64,000 nucleotides of DNA from Octopus vulgaris (Eukaryota): NCBI GenBank assembly GCA_951406725.2, contig OX597816.1, positions 124,744,001 to 124,808,000 of the forward strand, given 5' to 3'. The notes beneath the pieces are model-generated. The model did not search any database. It had not been told where the DNA came from and saw only the letters and a list, made by a program, of their open reading frames with translations. The position numbers and the translations under genes were made by a program. Positions 39,501 to 52,670 of the stretch are shown here, piece by piece (within the stretch, counting starts at the first letter, position 1; the number at the start of each line of letters is the position of its first letter).

Positions 39501-41057
39501 CAAAGTTTACCATTAGTATTACTGACATATGCATTAGCTTACTAGCGTACAAAACACATATTAAAATATGTATACTATTATATGCCTATAATTAACAAGA
39601 ACAATGAAATGCATTCTTAAAAACGACCAGGAAATATTAGAAAATAGATTTTTCTTGATATTAATAATCAAACAAGAAACATTACAAAGGCAAAGAATAT
39701 TCGAAATAAACATTTATACAAAAATAAATCAGTCTTTATTTCCTGTGAAAATTGTTGTGAATTGTTTCATATTACAAAGGTCTTTATCTCAACTTAATGA
39801 ATTGTTATTGTTGGTATTGTAAGACAATAACAACATTCAAAATACATATCTAATTTAATTTTACCATAGTATGCTAAAGATCATGTTTATCTACGAGAAG
39901 GCCTATTCTGCAAGAATGCAAAATAGTAAATTAAATAATATTCAGCATATCTTCGCTAGCTATATATTTAATGATAATATGAAAAGGAAATGACAATTCT
40001 GAAAGAATTGAATTCAAAGTTCGAGAAAGTGGAATGAAACTCGCTGTGGTTAAACACACTAATTATACAAAATTCCATGATATTTGAACTGATGATAATA
40101 TTTGTAAAAAATCAGATTAAATTAAAATGTATGATGCTGAATTTCAAAACTGCAACTAGGATCAGCACTGACAATGTTGAGTGTAGGCATCAGAAACTTG
40201 TTCAGTAAACGTAAAAATACTAAACATCAAACATTCGCTTAACTCACACAATACCATATCAAATCTAGAAAAGAATACAGTTGAAGAGAGAGCTTTCTAC
40301 TTAACTATATAATTAATATATATAAACTTTTACCTAATACCACTGTAATGAAGTAATTGTAACGCAGCTGACTGAAAATTATGATCTATGTTTGAAAAAG
40401 TCTTTTGTGTTTTGAACTCTCACTCTCTACATCCTCAGGCTCTTATTGCTAGGTCTCTTTGATCGAGTTAGAATGTGTCATACTTTGCTTTTCTGTTCGT
40501 GATTGTTTTAATTCTTTCAGGATATGAGTATAAAAGAAGATTTATGACAAGTCAGAATGAGAAATAGGTAATTAAAATACAGGAAGTAGCTGGTGAAACG
40601 TTTCGAGATGTGTCTGCAGGCATGCTGATATATTAATGTTTACTGACCACTAGAAACAGGTAATATTGAACATTGTGAAGTAAATCAACAACAAAGTAAA
40701 TGGATATCCGTCAGTTTTAGTGATGAGTATTCTGTAGTTTGAATGACAGAAATAACTTCTCATTAAACTAGCAAATAAAATAGCCTAGTATTCTACGGAT
40801 ATTCGTATTTTTTTTACTTATCCCTCTAAAGAGTAATACAGTGTTAAAAGGTTGGGTATTTAAATTATAGTTACAAACCGTCTGGGGTGCGCCTTTGCAA
40901 TTTCCGTCTCCACATTTCTCCTCTATGGTTATGAAATAGGTTTAAAGAAACTTGATTCAGACGCCACACAGTGCGATTGATTTTGGAACGGTATCGTGAT
41001 TGCGAATCGAACCGATTAATCGGCCTGCCATAGAACTGCTGGATAAAGTACACGCGA

Positions 41058-41092
<35 letters not shown>

Positions 41093-41429
41093 GACACACA
41101 CACACACTCACACACACACACACACACGCACGCACACGCACACGTGAAACTAAATTGCTGTAAGCTGATTTCTGTTTTGTTTTTGAACAGTCATAACACG
41201 AAACTGGCTGGAATAAGTTGGAATAAATATATATTCTACCGTGTCTTACGTGTTTTTTTTAATTTAAATGCTATATTTTCATTCTAGCTAGAATACATTC
41301 TAGCTAGAATTGTGCTGAAAGTACTGCAAAACTGGGACTAACATTTTAAATGAATTGGTATAAGTCGTTTAAATTGCTTATGCTAGTACAGTAACGCTTT
41401 CTCTATTGTTCTTCTTTGTTGCAGACATA

Positions 41430-42440
41430 TAACGGGTTCCAAGCAGAAACAATGTGATGTCATTGAGATTGTGACGAATGAGACATGTAAGCTGCCTTAC
41501 ATTCACAGAATGCTACAGGTTGTTTCCAGAGATGACAAGAGCAATATGTACAGGTGAATAAAAGATACAAAGGAGGGGAACCAGCATAGAATTCAAATAA
41601 TGCAACTAGAAGCCGTTAATATCGAACACTGACATGTATCACCAGTGAGTGGTTGAACTGAATCGAGTGGGCAACGGAGTTATAATACGTGAGCTGGTTG
41701 TAGGACATGCATGACAGAATGGTTTGGTGATTATAAAATGGAAGCAAAGCTAATAGCTCGTTAATCGATATCTGCTTTAAGGGAGATAGATTTGTGGGAC
41801 CCTACTCTTATCTCTTGAAAGCCAAAGATATATTTTTTGTTACACACAGTGACAGATATGTATCTTATACTTCCGAAGCTGAAGAGTCATTTCAAGGAAT
41901 AGAGTCACACTTCTAAAAGCTCAAGAGCGAGCGATCGGCAAAGAAAGTAATGGTTTCTTTATTGGAATATGATAAGGATGTCACTCTTCATTTCCTGGAA
42001 TGTGGCTGTATCATATACAGCTAGCAGGACATTCACTGGAAACGTTGAAAATGGTAAAATAGTGCTTTAGTAAGACGAAACTAAACAAATAACTTAAAAT
42101 GATGCAATTAAACCATGACAATGTGTCATCATACGAACCTTCAACAACAGACAAATCAATCAACAAATTCAGCGGATTAGTTGCACATCTCGGATCTGGG
42201 TCACCTCAGATTTTGCACTCTCTGGGCTGTTCAGTCTAAGGAAAAGACTTTCAGGAACAACTATTCAATAACTGAGATGATGTGAAGGAGTGGGCACAAC
42301 AGTGCAAAGCACAAAGGGTTCCTAGTGTCTGGTTCGACAATGGTGAAAATGCATCGCTTTTGATGGAAACTATATTGCGTAGTATCTTTTAATAGACAAA
42401 ATGTTACTCTAACAACATATGTAATTTGAACGACCTCTCT
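41430..42440 (+). mobile_element. Ancient, heavily decayed mariner relic
   Basis: KQCDVIEIVTNETCK..IHRMLQVV..DDKSNMYR*IK (HTH), SDLGHLRF/PSDFAL region and LVRQW*KCIAFDGNYIA* C-terminus; TTGAACGACCTCTC resembles a 3' TIR. Confidence 0.7.
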
Positions 42441-43219
42441 CAGTTAATATACATTTATATTTATTTTTGCATTACATTTGATAGCACCTGTCCGCGCTAC
42501 CTGTCCGCGCGTACATATATGAATGTGATTTTATATGTTTCACGATGAGTCTGACGTGAAATAAGAATTAACTTGAACGTTTTTTTATCACTACCTTTTT
42601 ATCCCCAGATTTGACATTCAAAGAGCTGAGAATCGCCAAGTGAAACAATATTTTTTCCTGTACTTTTTTGTCCTCTCAGTGTAGCGTTTCAGATAAAATG
42701 ATTTTCGCGGAACCAATACCCACACAGACATACACGCACACACATACACACACACACTTATGCCGTTCAGAATGAATTTATAGTTATCTTGTATACAGAC
42801 ATACCTAACCAATATTGAATTAAGATAATTCATATAATATTTCGGCAGGCGAACTAATTGACACAACAAATCCTCTACGAGATTATTGTTGCAGACGAAG
42901 GTCTCCACCAGTTTTCTTAGATTCCCAATTGAAGACTTTATTCGATATTGAACTAAATTATCATCTCTGCGTAATATAAAACGTCTGGAAATATCCTAAA
43001 CTTGAAATATTAAAATTATTTTAAGTATCACACTGTCTGTGTCAGAGGTGTTGTCATATACATTAAGAGCATAAATGATAGATGGTGTGAAACCATAATT
43101 ATCAAACCAGCAGGAAGTTCTCTCTCTCTATGTATCTATCTATCTATCTATCTATCTATTTATCTATTTATCTATCTGTCTACCTTTATCTCTCTGTTGC
43201 GTTATATCAGTCATGTAAT

Positions 43220-44000
43220 CACACGCGTGTTGTTCGGGAAATTTTTCCTTGCCGGACGTTTTTGTTTTACTTTTTGACGAAGAGCTATGGTCGAAACGCT
43301 AAAAAACCACCCCCTTTTGCTTTTTGTTCGGCCTTTATCAAACGTCAAACTACGACAATCCTTGCGTACGTCCCCACGTTATTTTCATATCGTTATTTTT
43401 AATGTTCATCTTTTAAAATTCGATTCGACTATACGCACTCCCCTAGACCCTCTCTTCACTATAAAATCTTTAACAGACACAATAAAAATTACCTTTACTT
43501 GTTATATATCAATAAGCAAAAGACAAATCAAGCCTGCCTTGGATGCACATGCAAATACAAATTCAAATGTCCTCTACGACACACTAGCGATATCTTACGT
43601 TGTTAATGAAGCGCAGATTTCAGCGAACTACGACAATAGTCATACAGTGAACAAATGTTATATCAGGGACGTAGAATGAAAATTTAGATCCGCATATAAC
43701 AACCATCTTTCGAGTTTTAGGTTTTAATCTGGAAACTTAAACGCGAAGGGATCAGTTTCAAATGAAATATTTACTCTAAAGCCAGATCTTATGTTAACGG
43801 GTCCAAAAAATGTTCAGCATGTTCTCTTGAAAATCTTTATCGCTTAAAGAACTTGAGAAACTTCAACAGATGCATAAATGTCAAGGATGAGGTATTTTGT
43901 TTGTCTGCATTTCAAAAAATACATTTTGTCGGAATTTAGAAATAGAGAAGAGAAGGATAGAAGTCACAAGACAAATGGATAGGATAAAAAAATATAATAG
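43220..44000 (+). mobile_element. Penelope-like element fragment (terminal-repeat piece + GIY-YIG endonuclease remnant)
   Basis: VVNEAQI...KCYIRDVE*KFRSAYNNHLSSF resembles the PLE GIY-YIG pattern VVYxA...YIGxTExxFKxRYxNHxxSF; hammerhead-like TTGACGAAGAGCTATGGTCGAAACG at 43274-43298. Confidence 0.7.
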
Positions 44001-45439
44001 AAATATCAAAAGATAAACGAACAATAAAAATGAGGTAAAGAAGAATATAAAGAGATACTGAGTAACTGACTAAACAAGAAACAATAAAAAAGCAGTGGAA
44101 GAAAGAGAATTGTGCTTGCTGAGCTATAAATAAATTTAGAAGAAAATTTAGAAAATGAGAATATTGTACCAGGGTCGATCTTTATGGGAGAACAATCAAC
44201 AGCATTGTGGAGAAACAGTATTGTAGGGCAATAATCGTCACCATTTGATTATAGAAAGAAAAAGAAAGGCGTATGTGATGAGAAAAGATTAAGAGGGTGT
44301 GTCATAAAAGCATTACATTAATATTTTAAACAGCTGAACGCAAAATGACAACACCTTTCGCACCAATCCATCCAGCCTTGATTCTACGTCGTAGTCGAGA
44401 ATCTCAGCAGCAAATTACAGTTTATGTAATTGTAATTTATATTTTAAAGTTCATTTTATATTTGGGAAATAAATTACTAATGGTTGAATTTCGAAAGCGC
44501 CAGTTGAAATCTGACATAGATTTACGAGGAATACAAAGTGGTAGGAACATTGTGCAGATAGAAAATTATTTTAAAATATCTATTGTAGGAATTCATAAAT
44601 AGCGATTAAAATACAATGGATAGCTACAAACCATGAAGATTACATAAACCATTTTCTGTTTTCAAATAAAGCCAACAAGTAGAAAGCAGGTAGTCGTGAA
44701 AATACGGATGAAACAACAATAAATAATGTAAAATGGCTAAAATCTAGGGGTGCAGAATGTCTCTCCATTCAGGATAGAGTCTGTACGAGTTGAAAGTAAA
44801 TAAGCAACACTGATAGAGGCACCGAGGTTTTATGCTAAGTTTAAATGGTTCTCGACTACACCACTGGATCATGCTCACACTTCAGAACTCATTTAGTGTA
44901 ACAATTAGGAGAGAAAACGGTACTGGAAGGGAAACAGGTAGTACTACCGTTACTGCTGTCTTTGGAACTGTTTTCCGTCGCCGACCCTCCACCATACTTC
45001 TCCAGCCCCTTATGATTATGTGCCCTCAAGAGGATTTTGATATTACAGCTACAGCAAATGCTACTTTTTGTCCTACATATTCAGAATACAACTCTTCTTA
45101 CCGCCTTTCTAAATTGGGCCGATTTGGGATTTTCGTGGCTCATTAGGGTTATAAATCTATCCAGGTCCCTGCGGATGTATGCCTTCTTCTATTATATCTA
45201 CAGGGATTACCAGTCAATACTGCGATACAACGATGACAATAATCCAAGAGCGAATGTCCTAACCACCTTTCTCTCGCGCTTATGACTCTTTAGCCCAAAT
45301 ACTGAGGATACTTATATAGTAACGGGTGCGTGCCTTACAAGTTTAGCTTTAATATTAGCCTTTTTCTAACTGGTCTCTGTTTCTGTTGAGAAGTAATCTG
45401 AAAACGAAATGTCCACTCAATAAAAAGTGTATTTACCCA

Positions 45440-45995
45440 CATTAGATCGATAGTGATGGAAAACTGGAAACTGAATTGGATGATAAAATCGCAGGTGCTG
45501 CACAGTAATGTTCCAGCTCCAACATTCAACCTGCAGAAGAAAGATACCCGCTATCGTCAATTCGATTTTTCACGTCGATTCTCACTTATCGTCATGGATG
45601 ACAAAGAGTACGATCGTAAATACACGCAGTCTAAATGGGATTCCCCGCAAAAAAGATTTAGAATAATGTTACGGGATAGGTGCGTAGCTCGGAGATCAAG
45701 ACTTCTCTCTTTGTCGAGCTCCTATTTCTCCGCATTCAGATATCATCGTTCCAGTGCTACCAACACATGACTGGAATGCTACAGAAAAGTATTGTAATGC
45801 AGCCTTTTCAAGCTGAGCCCACCGGCAGGAAGCCTACGGGTAGACTAAGAACGAGATTACTGGATCATATCTATAGTCTCAGCTGGGCATGTTAAGTAAT
45901 CCAGCAGGTAAATGTAATGTGGATTGCTTTTAATGGGACCTTACTGAGGGGATGCCTGTGGTTTCTACCACCATAGCTCTCCCAGGAATCGTAAG
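45440..45995 (+). mobile_element. RTE-clade LINE, 3' fragment
   Basis: DGKLETELD, ILTYRHG, RSSEIKTSLFVELLFLRIQ...HMTGM...PTGRKPTGRLRTRLLDHI match the RTE C-terminal region (LLLRIERSQLRWxGHVxRM...GxRPxGRPRTRW). Confidence 0.8.
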
Positions 45996-47205
45996 TGGAG
46001 AAGCCGGAGGGATGTATGAAATATGTGAACACAGCAATATTTGGCAATCAGGAAAAGATAATTAGCTAAGATTATATTTTGTGGCTGTTGTCGTTGTTAT
46101 TATATTTTGTTGCAAAATACAAAATATACAATATCATATTCTTAATGATTTTTCTTCTTAACGTTAACTGCAGATCATTAACAAAAGGCCCCAAGTAGAA
46201 AATATCTTTCTATGAATAAGAACTGCTTCAAAAATGACTAATATTTTGAGCCCTCGCATATGTTACTTGATGTCCAACCCTCATTTCATAGTTGTTAAGA
46301 GATCGGACTCAATGATTAATTGGCACTAATTTCACTTTTAAATCTGGGCAGTCTTATATTCTCGATATTCTCATATAATGTTTGGTTTACAGGGATCATT
46401 TAGAGTCGCTCTTCATTCAGCAATATTAGCAAAACGTAAATATTAGTGTGATATAATTACATATAGTTTAGATTAATCTGTTCGTTAAAATTAAATGAAA
46501 TGAAAAAAAAAATAATAATAAAATGAGAATTTAAAGCGTTGTTTGCACTATTTACGGCGTGATCAGGAATGATTATTTGCATATTTATTCTTAACACGAC
46601 TAAGCAGGCAGATTCACGCAAAATGTTCTGAATGCTATAGTATATGTTTTATGATGAATAACGTCTCTGTTTTAGACATCAGTGTGTTCAACAAAATGGT
46701 CTCATTGACGCACTGCATCACGGGATACCGTTGCTTTGACATGATGTGTCACGTCAACCAAAAGTAGTCGGAAGGATGGGAAATCTCATCTTAGCAACAG
46801 TGGACTTTTACTCAAGAACCACTCGTTCCTTATCCTGCTCGAAGAGACATATTACTCTATCTGGGCTTCACTGCCGATATAGACTTTATTTATGAAGTTG
46901 TGCTGATATCAAAAATCGTTATTGTAATGTATGAAAGAATATTTCGTCGGTTTAACAAAATATCTTCATGTATTTACTTATTAGTTTCTAATTTCTGAGA
47001 GTGAATTTAGCAAATGTCGAATCCTTCGCATTCAAATAGGTCAATATATCGTGTTATGTATATATAATGTGTAACCGGTCAGTAGATAATTTGAATCCTA
47101 TTCTTGAGTTCCAGTAGGTGTCACCCAATTTAAATATGACACTTATGCGCTTTTGAAAAACATAGTCATCACTATGCCATTCTAATAGTTGTTGGAGCAC
47201 GAAGC

Positions 47206-47259
<54 letters not shown>

Positions 47260-47587
47260 AGTGAGAGAGTGAGAAATATATTGTAATCTATCTGTATGTC
47301 AAGTGATAGTTAGATTGCTAGATATATACATGCATACACACAGTATTGTCTTTTTCACTTGTTTAATATCAAAGTTTGTCGGTAATCTTACGATTCAGAA
47401 TATATAACAGTAAAAAGGTCACTTATAATGTTGAACTTTTGAATAAGTTCTTGAAATAAGAATTGTATGAAAACTCGTGTCTACACATGTATTCTATGTG
47501 TGTATTCTTGCATGTTAACATTACAGTTATTTGAAAATATACACATAACCTCTTGAAAAGAAGAAAAATAATATCACGATAGCTTAC

Positions 47588-47756
47588 TGTATGTAGTTGT
47601 TTTCATTGGAGTAGAATCTCCGGACATTACTTCGGGTAGTTTTGCCTCCAATTGAAGTGTGTTCGTGTTGTTCAACGGAAAATTTCTACCAAATGAAACC
47701 TCAATCACCATGCTCATTAATAGACATGTCTCCAATAATTTTTGGATATGTGCCAT
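47588..47756 (-). CDS. Pif-like gene, coding exon 1: signal peptide and Thr-rich linker
   Basis: ATG in ACTATGG context 8 nt after an acceptor (cttcaacacag, exon start 47764); MAHIQKLLETCLLMSMVIEVSFG resembles a signal peptide; donor gtaagc in phase 1 matches exon 2. Confidence 0.75.
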
Positions 47757-48336
47757 AGTGCAATCTGTGTTGAAGTTAAAGATATTTAGACATATAAAAA
47801 CACTTCAAATAATAAAAATAACCATATCTAAATATCAATTACGTCTATGCTATCAGTTCACTTTTAATTTAATAAAAATCTCCTGTTTCCAAATTTTATT
47901 ACAAGTTTTGACTCTTCACAAAATCACTGCAAATATAAAACATCGAAAGAAATCACAAATGTACGCTTGGTGACATAAATCTTTAGATTTGTCAAACTAC
48001 TTTTCAAAGCGAATAACTGTCTGCATTCAAATTTATATAGGATATATCTGTTTCGATATATACAAAATGAATCATTCAAACAAATATTTCCTTCAAAATG
48101 CTTGATTATTTTTGTTTTGAACATTTTCAACAATATCATTCAAATTAAGATTTTAACCAAATGTATTTAAATGGAAACATCCGTCCTCATCTATTATTTA
48201 TTTTCATTTGTGAAGTTTAGAGGTACAGGAAAACAAAATAGAATGACAGATCAATAATGTACTTCAAAATAAAACAATCTATTATGTTCCCTTTTACACT
48301 ACTACTTCTGCTAAAACAACAATGACAATAACAGTA

Positions 48337-48374
<38 letters not shown>

Positions 48375-50679
48375 CGCTATTATCACTACTGCTGCTGTTG
48401 TTTGAATTATCATTATAACATTATATCAACTGGAACAAGTCTCTCCGTTGTTTTCTTTTTTACAATAGTAAAGTGGAATATGAAAATATAATTTCAGTGC
48501 TTCTAATTATTCAGCAACGTACCAGCCACATAGGTAATTTTCTGTTAGACACCATTTGAGATGTGTTTTGCAGAGCCGATATTTAACGTGTGAAGGTTTG
48601 CTTTACCACACATACTTTTGGTGTAGCTTTATAAAACTTACATTTTTGCAATTTAATAACAAACGAATAACTCTTTTGAAGTTACATGATCGATTTTGCT
48701 ATTTTTCCTATTTGTATTTAGCATTTTTTCTATTTAATATGTTTTCCATTGTTCAGATATAAAACAATGACAATTTCAGTGCAGTATACTGTGGGACACT
48801 GCTATCTCAACTTACTTCAACACAGCTAATCTTAATCAAAATGAATTTCGCAATTTGAACATATTTTCTGATATCCAGCAATGCCATGATTGAAATCTCA
48901 TGACGAAAATGTACCATTATTTTACACTGCAGGTGTGTAATAGAATTATCATAAGTGATTTCGAAATTTAAGTTGGTTTAGTTGCAACGATTTTCTTACG
49001 CCATGTTCTAATGTTTGTGAAGTATATTAGTATAAGCCGGGCATTTCAATCATCATAACCACATAATTACATTGATGATGAATTGCCTTCATTTCCAGTT
49101 TATACATCAAATAATTTCCAAACGATGTGATAAAAATATCTAACTCAAACTAGCAAAAGTTTTTAGTATAACAAATTATTTATTGTGAAAATTCTCCTGA
49201 ATCATTTATAAAATTTCTCTTACCAGCAAAGTTAATCGTTTCAAATCTTTGTAGAATTTATCTAAACAATCAAAAAAAGGTGGTATGTTTTATGATACAT
49301 GTTATTAGTTTATTCTGCACTTCTAAACTTAATTGTTGGCACAAATGGTTCTACAGCGAGTCGAAATTGCAGCATCGCAAATACGTTTCTCCGGGATCTT
49401 AAACATAAACTGCTCTAAATGTGTTGTTTAAATAATTATGTTGTATTTCGTATCTATAGGGAAATCTAAAAGCCGTGTCATATTTGCTCGTACGTTTTTA
49501 GGAGAGGTGGTCATAATTGATTATCATATTATGCAATTTAACTTTGCCAAACTGTTATGATACGGGTGTCTAATCCTCAGGAAATAAATACTATTTATTT
49601 ACGTGTGTCAATTTAATAACTTGCCTCACAACTACATCAACAAGAAATAGACTAAAGTTTAAATATGTGATGTAGAATCAAGTAGAATAATGAAAGTTTT
49701 ATTGAAACAATAAAACACCAAGGAGCTAAAATTAGGATATTGTTAAATTATAGACGTATTCATAACCTAATATTCAGTTTATAATTTCGTTCTGAAATGA
49801 CGTTCAAGTCATTTCCGCACAATTATGTGCCACAGGGGACAAGTAAGTGCACCGTTCTATAGGCTCTGGTTGAACAATAGCATCTCAGTGAAATTTGTCC
49901 GCTAGAAGATGTACGGAGGTTTATCTATATGTGTGTGCATGTGCGCACATGTGTGTGTGTGAGTGAATGTGTGTATTATATTAAGAAAAACGACTATGTT
50001 CAATCTTAATTTGATATTATTAAGGATATTTCATATCTCGTTTTTAGACTTTTACGTTTCCTTAGGAACAAATACTTTTCCTAATTCAATTAGCTTCACA
50101 TTTCAAAACTTTCACCATCTTATTTTTTAATTGAACTGAATGATTTGGTGCCCACGCATCCTGTGTTTAATTCTTAAGCGTGTTGAGAACAATTATATAA
50201 CACATAAAATAAATACTCAAGATTGCATTTAAAATCATATAATACTCAATCCTGAGGGATTTCATGTTATGATTTATTTTTGATAATACATCATAGTGAT
50301 CTATCACTGTGTGTATAATCTACATTTGTATTTCGCTATTAGTGTAGAATAATTCTGATTTAAAGTAGGAAATATGTACTATACATGGCTTTATATTGAA
50401 AATGACATTGTAAGCATTCCAAATGTCAGACTAATGGATTTGGGAACATTATCTTTCCAAACCAAACATAAAGGATAAATTAAGAAATATAAAAAGGAAC
50501 AATAGATCGCACTTGAAGATACACGTGATAGTAATATATGTTTGAAAGAAAAGACTGAGCTTACTGCTTCGTAATTCCTTTTCTTTCATTCATTTTGAAA
50601 AATAATTATCATATGTATGTATTTGTGAAATCGTGTGTTGAAACAGATATTGCTATACACCTCTTTCTATTGCCCTCTG

Positions 50680-52670
50680 CCCGCTGTCCTCCAACCTCAT
50701 GCCTAACTACCAACAGATAGTTGGTCCTCCATTATCCATGACCTCATTTCTTCCTCCCCTCTCCCTCCCACTACCACCAACCTCCATTTCCGTACTCCAC
50801 TATCTATTTCTTTCCTAACATCAAAAACAAACCAACAACCCTTGCAGCCCCATTGTTTCCACCTGCATCTTCCCCACGGAATTGATCTCTAAATACTTGC
50901 ACCCTGTCCTTACTACCCCAGTCGCTTCCCTCCCCTCCAACATCCACGACACTACCATGCTCTCCGTGTCTTTAACTCTTTCTTTTTCCCTTCTGGCTCT
51001 TCTAAACTTCTCTTGAGTCTTGCTATCTTCACTCTTGATAAGAGTTTATATATGGTGATGCCACACAACGAAGGACTTCTTGCACTAAAATACTTTCTGG
51101 ACCTTCGACCTAACCCCAACCTGACACCTCCACAGTTCATTGTCTGGCCGAACTTGTTCTCTCCTTCAAGTGCTTCTTGATTGTGGGTGATTTTTACCAA
51201 TAATTCTCGGGAGTGGCCATGGGAACGAGAATGGGTGCCAACTACGCGAGCATGTTCGTTGGCTACGTTGAGGCCCAAATATTCTCATGATTCACTGGTC
51301 CCTCTCCCAAACTATACGGTCGTTATATCGATGACTGTATCTGTACGACCTCGTTCTCCCGCAAACAACTAGACACCTTCCTCTCTTTTGTCCAATCCTT
51401 CCTTCTTGCCCTCGAATTCTCCTGCACTATTTCTAACTCTGCTGTTGAATTTCTCGACATTTGTGTCACTATATGCCACTCCGTTCTCACTACTTCCATC
51501 CACTACAAACAGACTGACTCACACTTCTACCTTAATTTCACCTTCTACACTCACACACCAAGCTCTCCATCCCCTACTCCAATTTCTCCATCTCCGGAGG
51601 CTCTGCAGTGACGACCATGGCTTAGAGTCTCAGTCTCAACTCGTGTCTCGCCACTTCATCCTTCGTGGATACCCACTAACGACTAATCACACTGCTCTTG
51701 CCAGGGCAGGTTCTGTGAACCATGCCAGTGCTTTTTCTCCCCCACACCCACCCCACCACTGCCCGTCTCGCGTTTCTTCTCACCTACTACCCCTCCACCT
51801 TCCCCCCTAACGCACCATTCTCCGAACCTTGCGGCAACTCCAGTCTGGCCCCTCCACCTCCCACTTCTTCCGCAACCTACCCCCTTCCGGCCTTCAAACG
51901 AGTCCATAACCTACGTGATCACCTGGTCCATAGTTTCTTCCTTAACGACACCTCCCATTCATTTCCCTGCTCCCGCCCACGCTTACGTACGTGTCCCTAC
52001 CTCTCTAACAATACTATCCTCACAGGCACCCATTATCGTCCCTATCATAACACCGATTCCTTTACCTGCTCTTCTCGCAACGTCATATACAGCATCTCCT
52101 GCACTTTCTGCCCTTCCCAATACATAGAGGAAAAGGGACGCCGTTTGGCTGACTGGTTCGCGGTGCACGTTCGAGACATCAGACTGAGCAATGACTCCCC
52201 AGTCTTGCGACATGTCTTCTCTACCGGTCATTCACTATAACATTTGTCTGTTTTCCGATTGTCTTTGCACAGGGGAAATCCGGACTCCCGCGTTCACCTG
52301 AATATGATTTAATCTTCCCTCTTCGCTCCTTTGCTGTTCCCTCGAATTTCTCGGCATTTCTGTTACTATACACCACTCAGCTCTCTCTACCTCTATACAT
52401 TACAAACAGACTGACTCACATTTCTACCTTAACACTCCTTTCGTTCGACATTTTCTTTCAAACTTTTTTGTAATCATTCGCGTTGCTTGACCGCTAAATC
52501 TACAAACTTCTCATTCGCTCTCCGTTCATTTTCTCTTATTTATTTCTGTTGAAGGGCGTATGCTCAAAATGTAAAAGACTTCTTCATTTCCCCGACAGTC
52601 AAACTAATACACCCGCTTGTTGTTCATACACTTGTCTTCGTTTTTCTTTTTCTTCTATATATTCCAACTA
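50680..52670 (+). mobile_element. Penelope-like retroelement relic (RT + GIY-YIG endonuclease + 3' terminal repeat)
   Basis: RT motifs TLDKSLYMVMPHNEGL, GVAMGTRMGANYA and YGRYIDDC; endonuclease SFTCSSRNVIYSISCTFCPSQYIEEKGRRLADWF...H; decayed hammerhead-like motif at 52546-52572; frameshifts and stops throughout. Confidence 0.92.

Larger units (their letters stand above)
10984..47764 (-). other. Span of a spliced gene encoding a Pif/BMSP-like secreted protein (reduced chitin-binding-like module + LamG domain), 296 aa
   Basis: Six coding exons join in frame with canonical GT-AG sites and intron phases 1,1,0,1,0; total 891 nt with no internal stop; the translation shows a continuous LamG motif series. 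AATAAA candidates on the minus strand at 10865-10860 and 10636-10626. Confidence 0.88.

Noticed and set aside
40520-40567. Plus-strand exon-like segment (ttctttcag ... gtaatt), and similar acceptors at 27548, 41425 and 46677
   Set aside because: Stop codons in the relevant frames and no chain of compatible exons; an antisense gene cannot be supported.
40879-40922. Possible 44-nt minus-strand exon EKCGDGNCKGAPQT (ccatag / gtttgt)
   Set aside because: Phase 1 to 0 is incompatible with the phase 1-1 junction between exons 1 and 2, which splice directly; adding the 17-nt candidate near 40250 does not restore the frame.
44832-45300. Higher-GC stretch with 104-aa and 82-aa ORFs
   Set aside because: No recognisable motif or usable splice-site pair; probably unclassified transposon debris.
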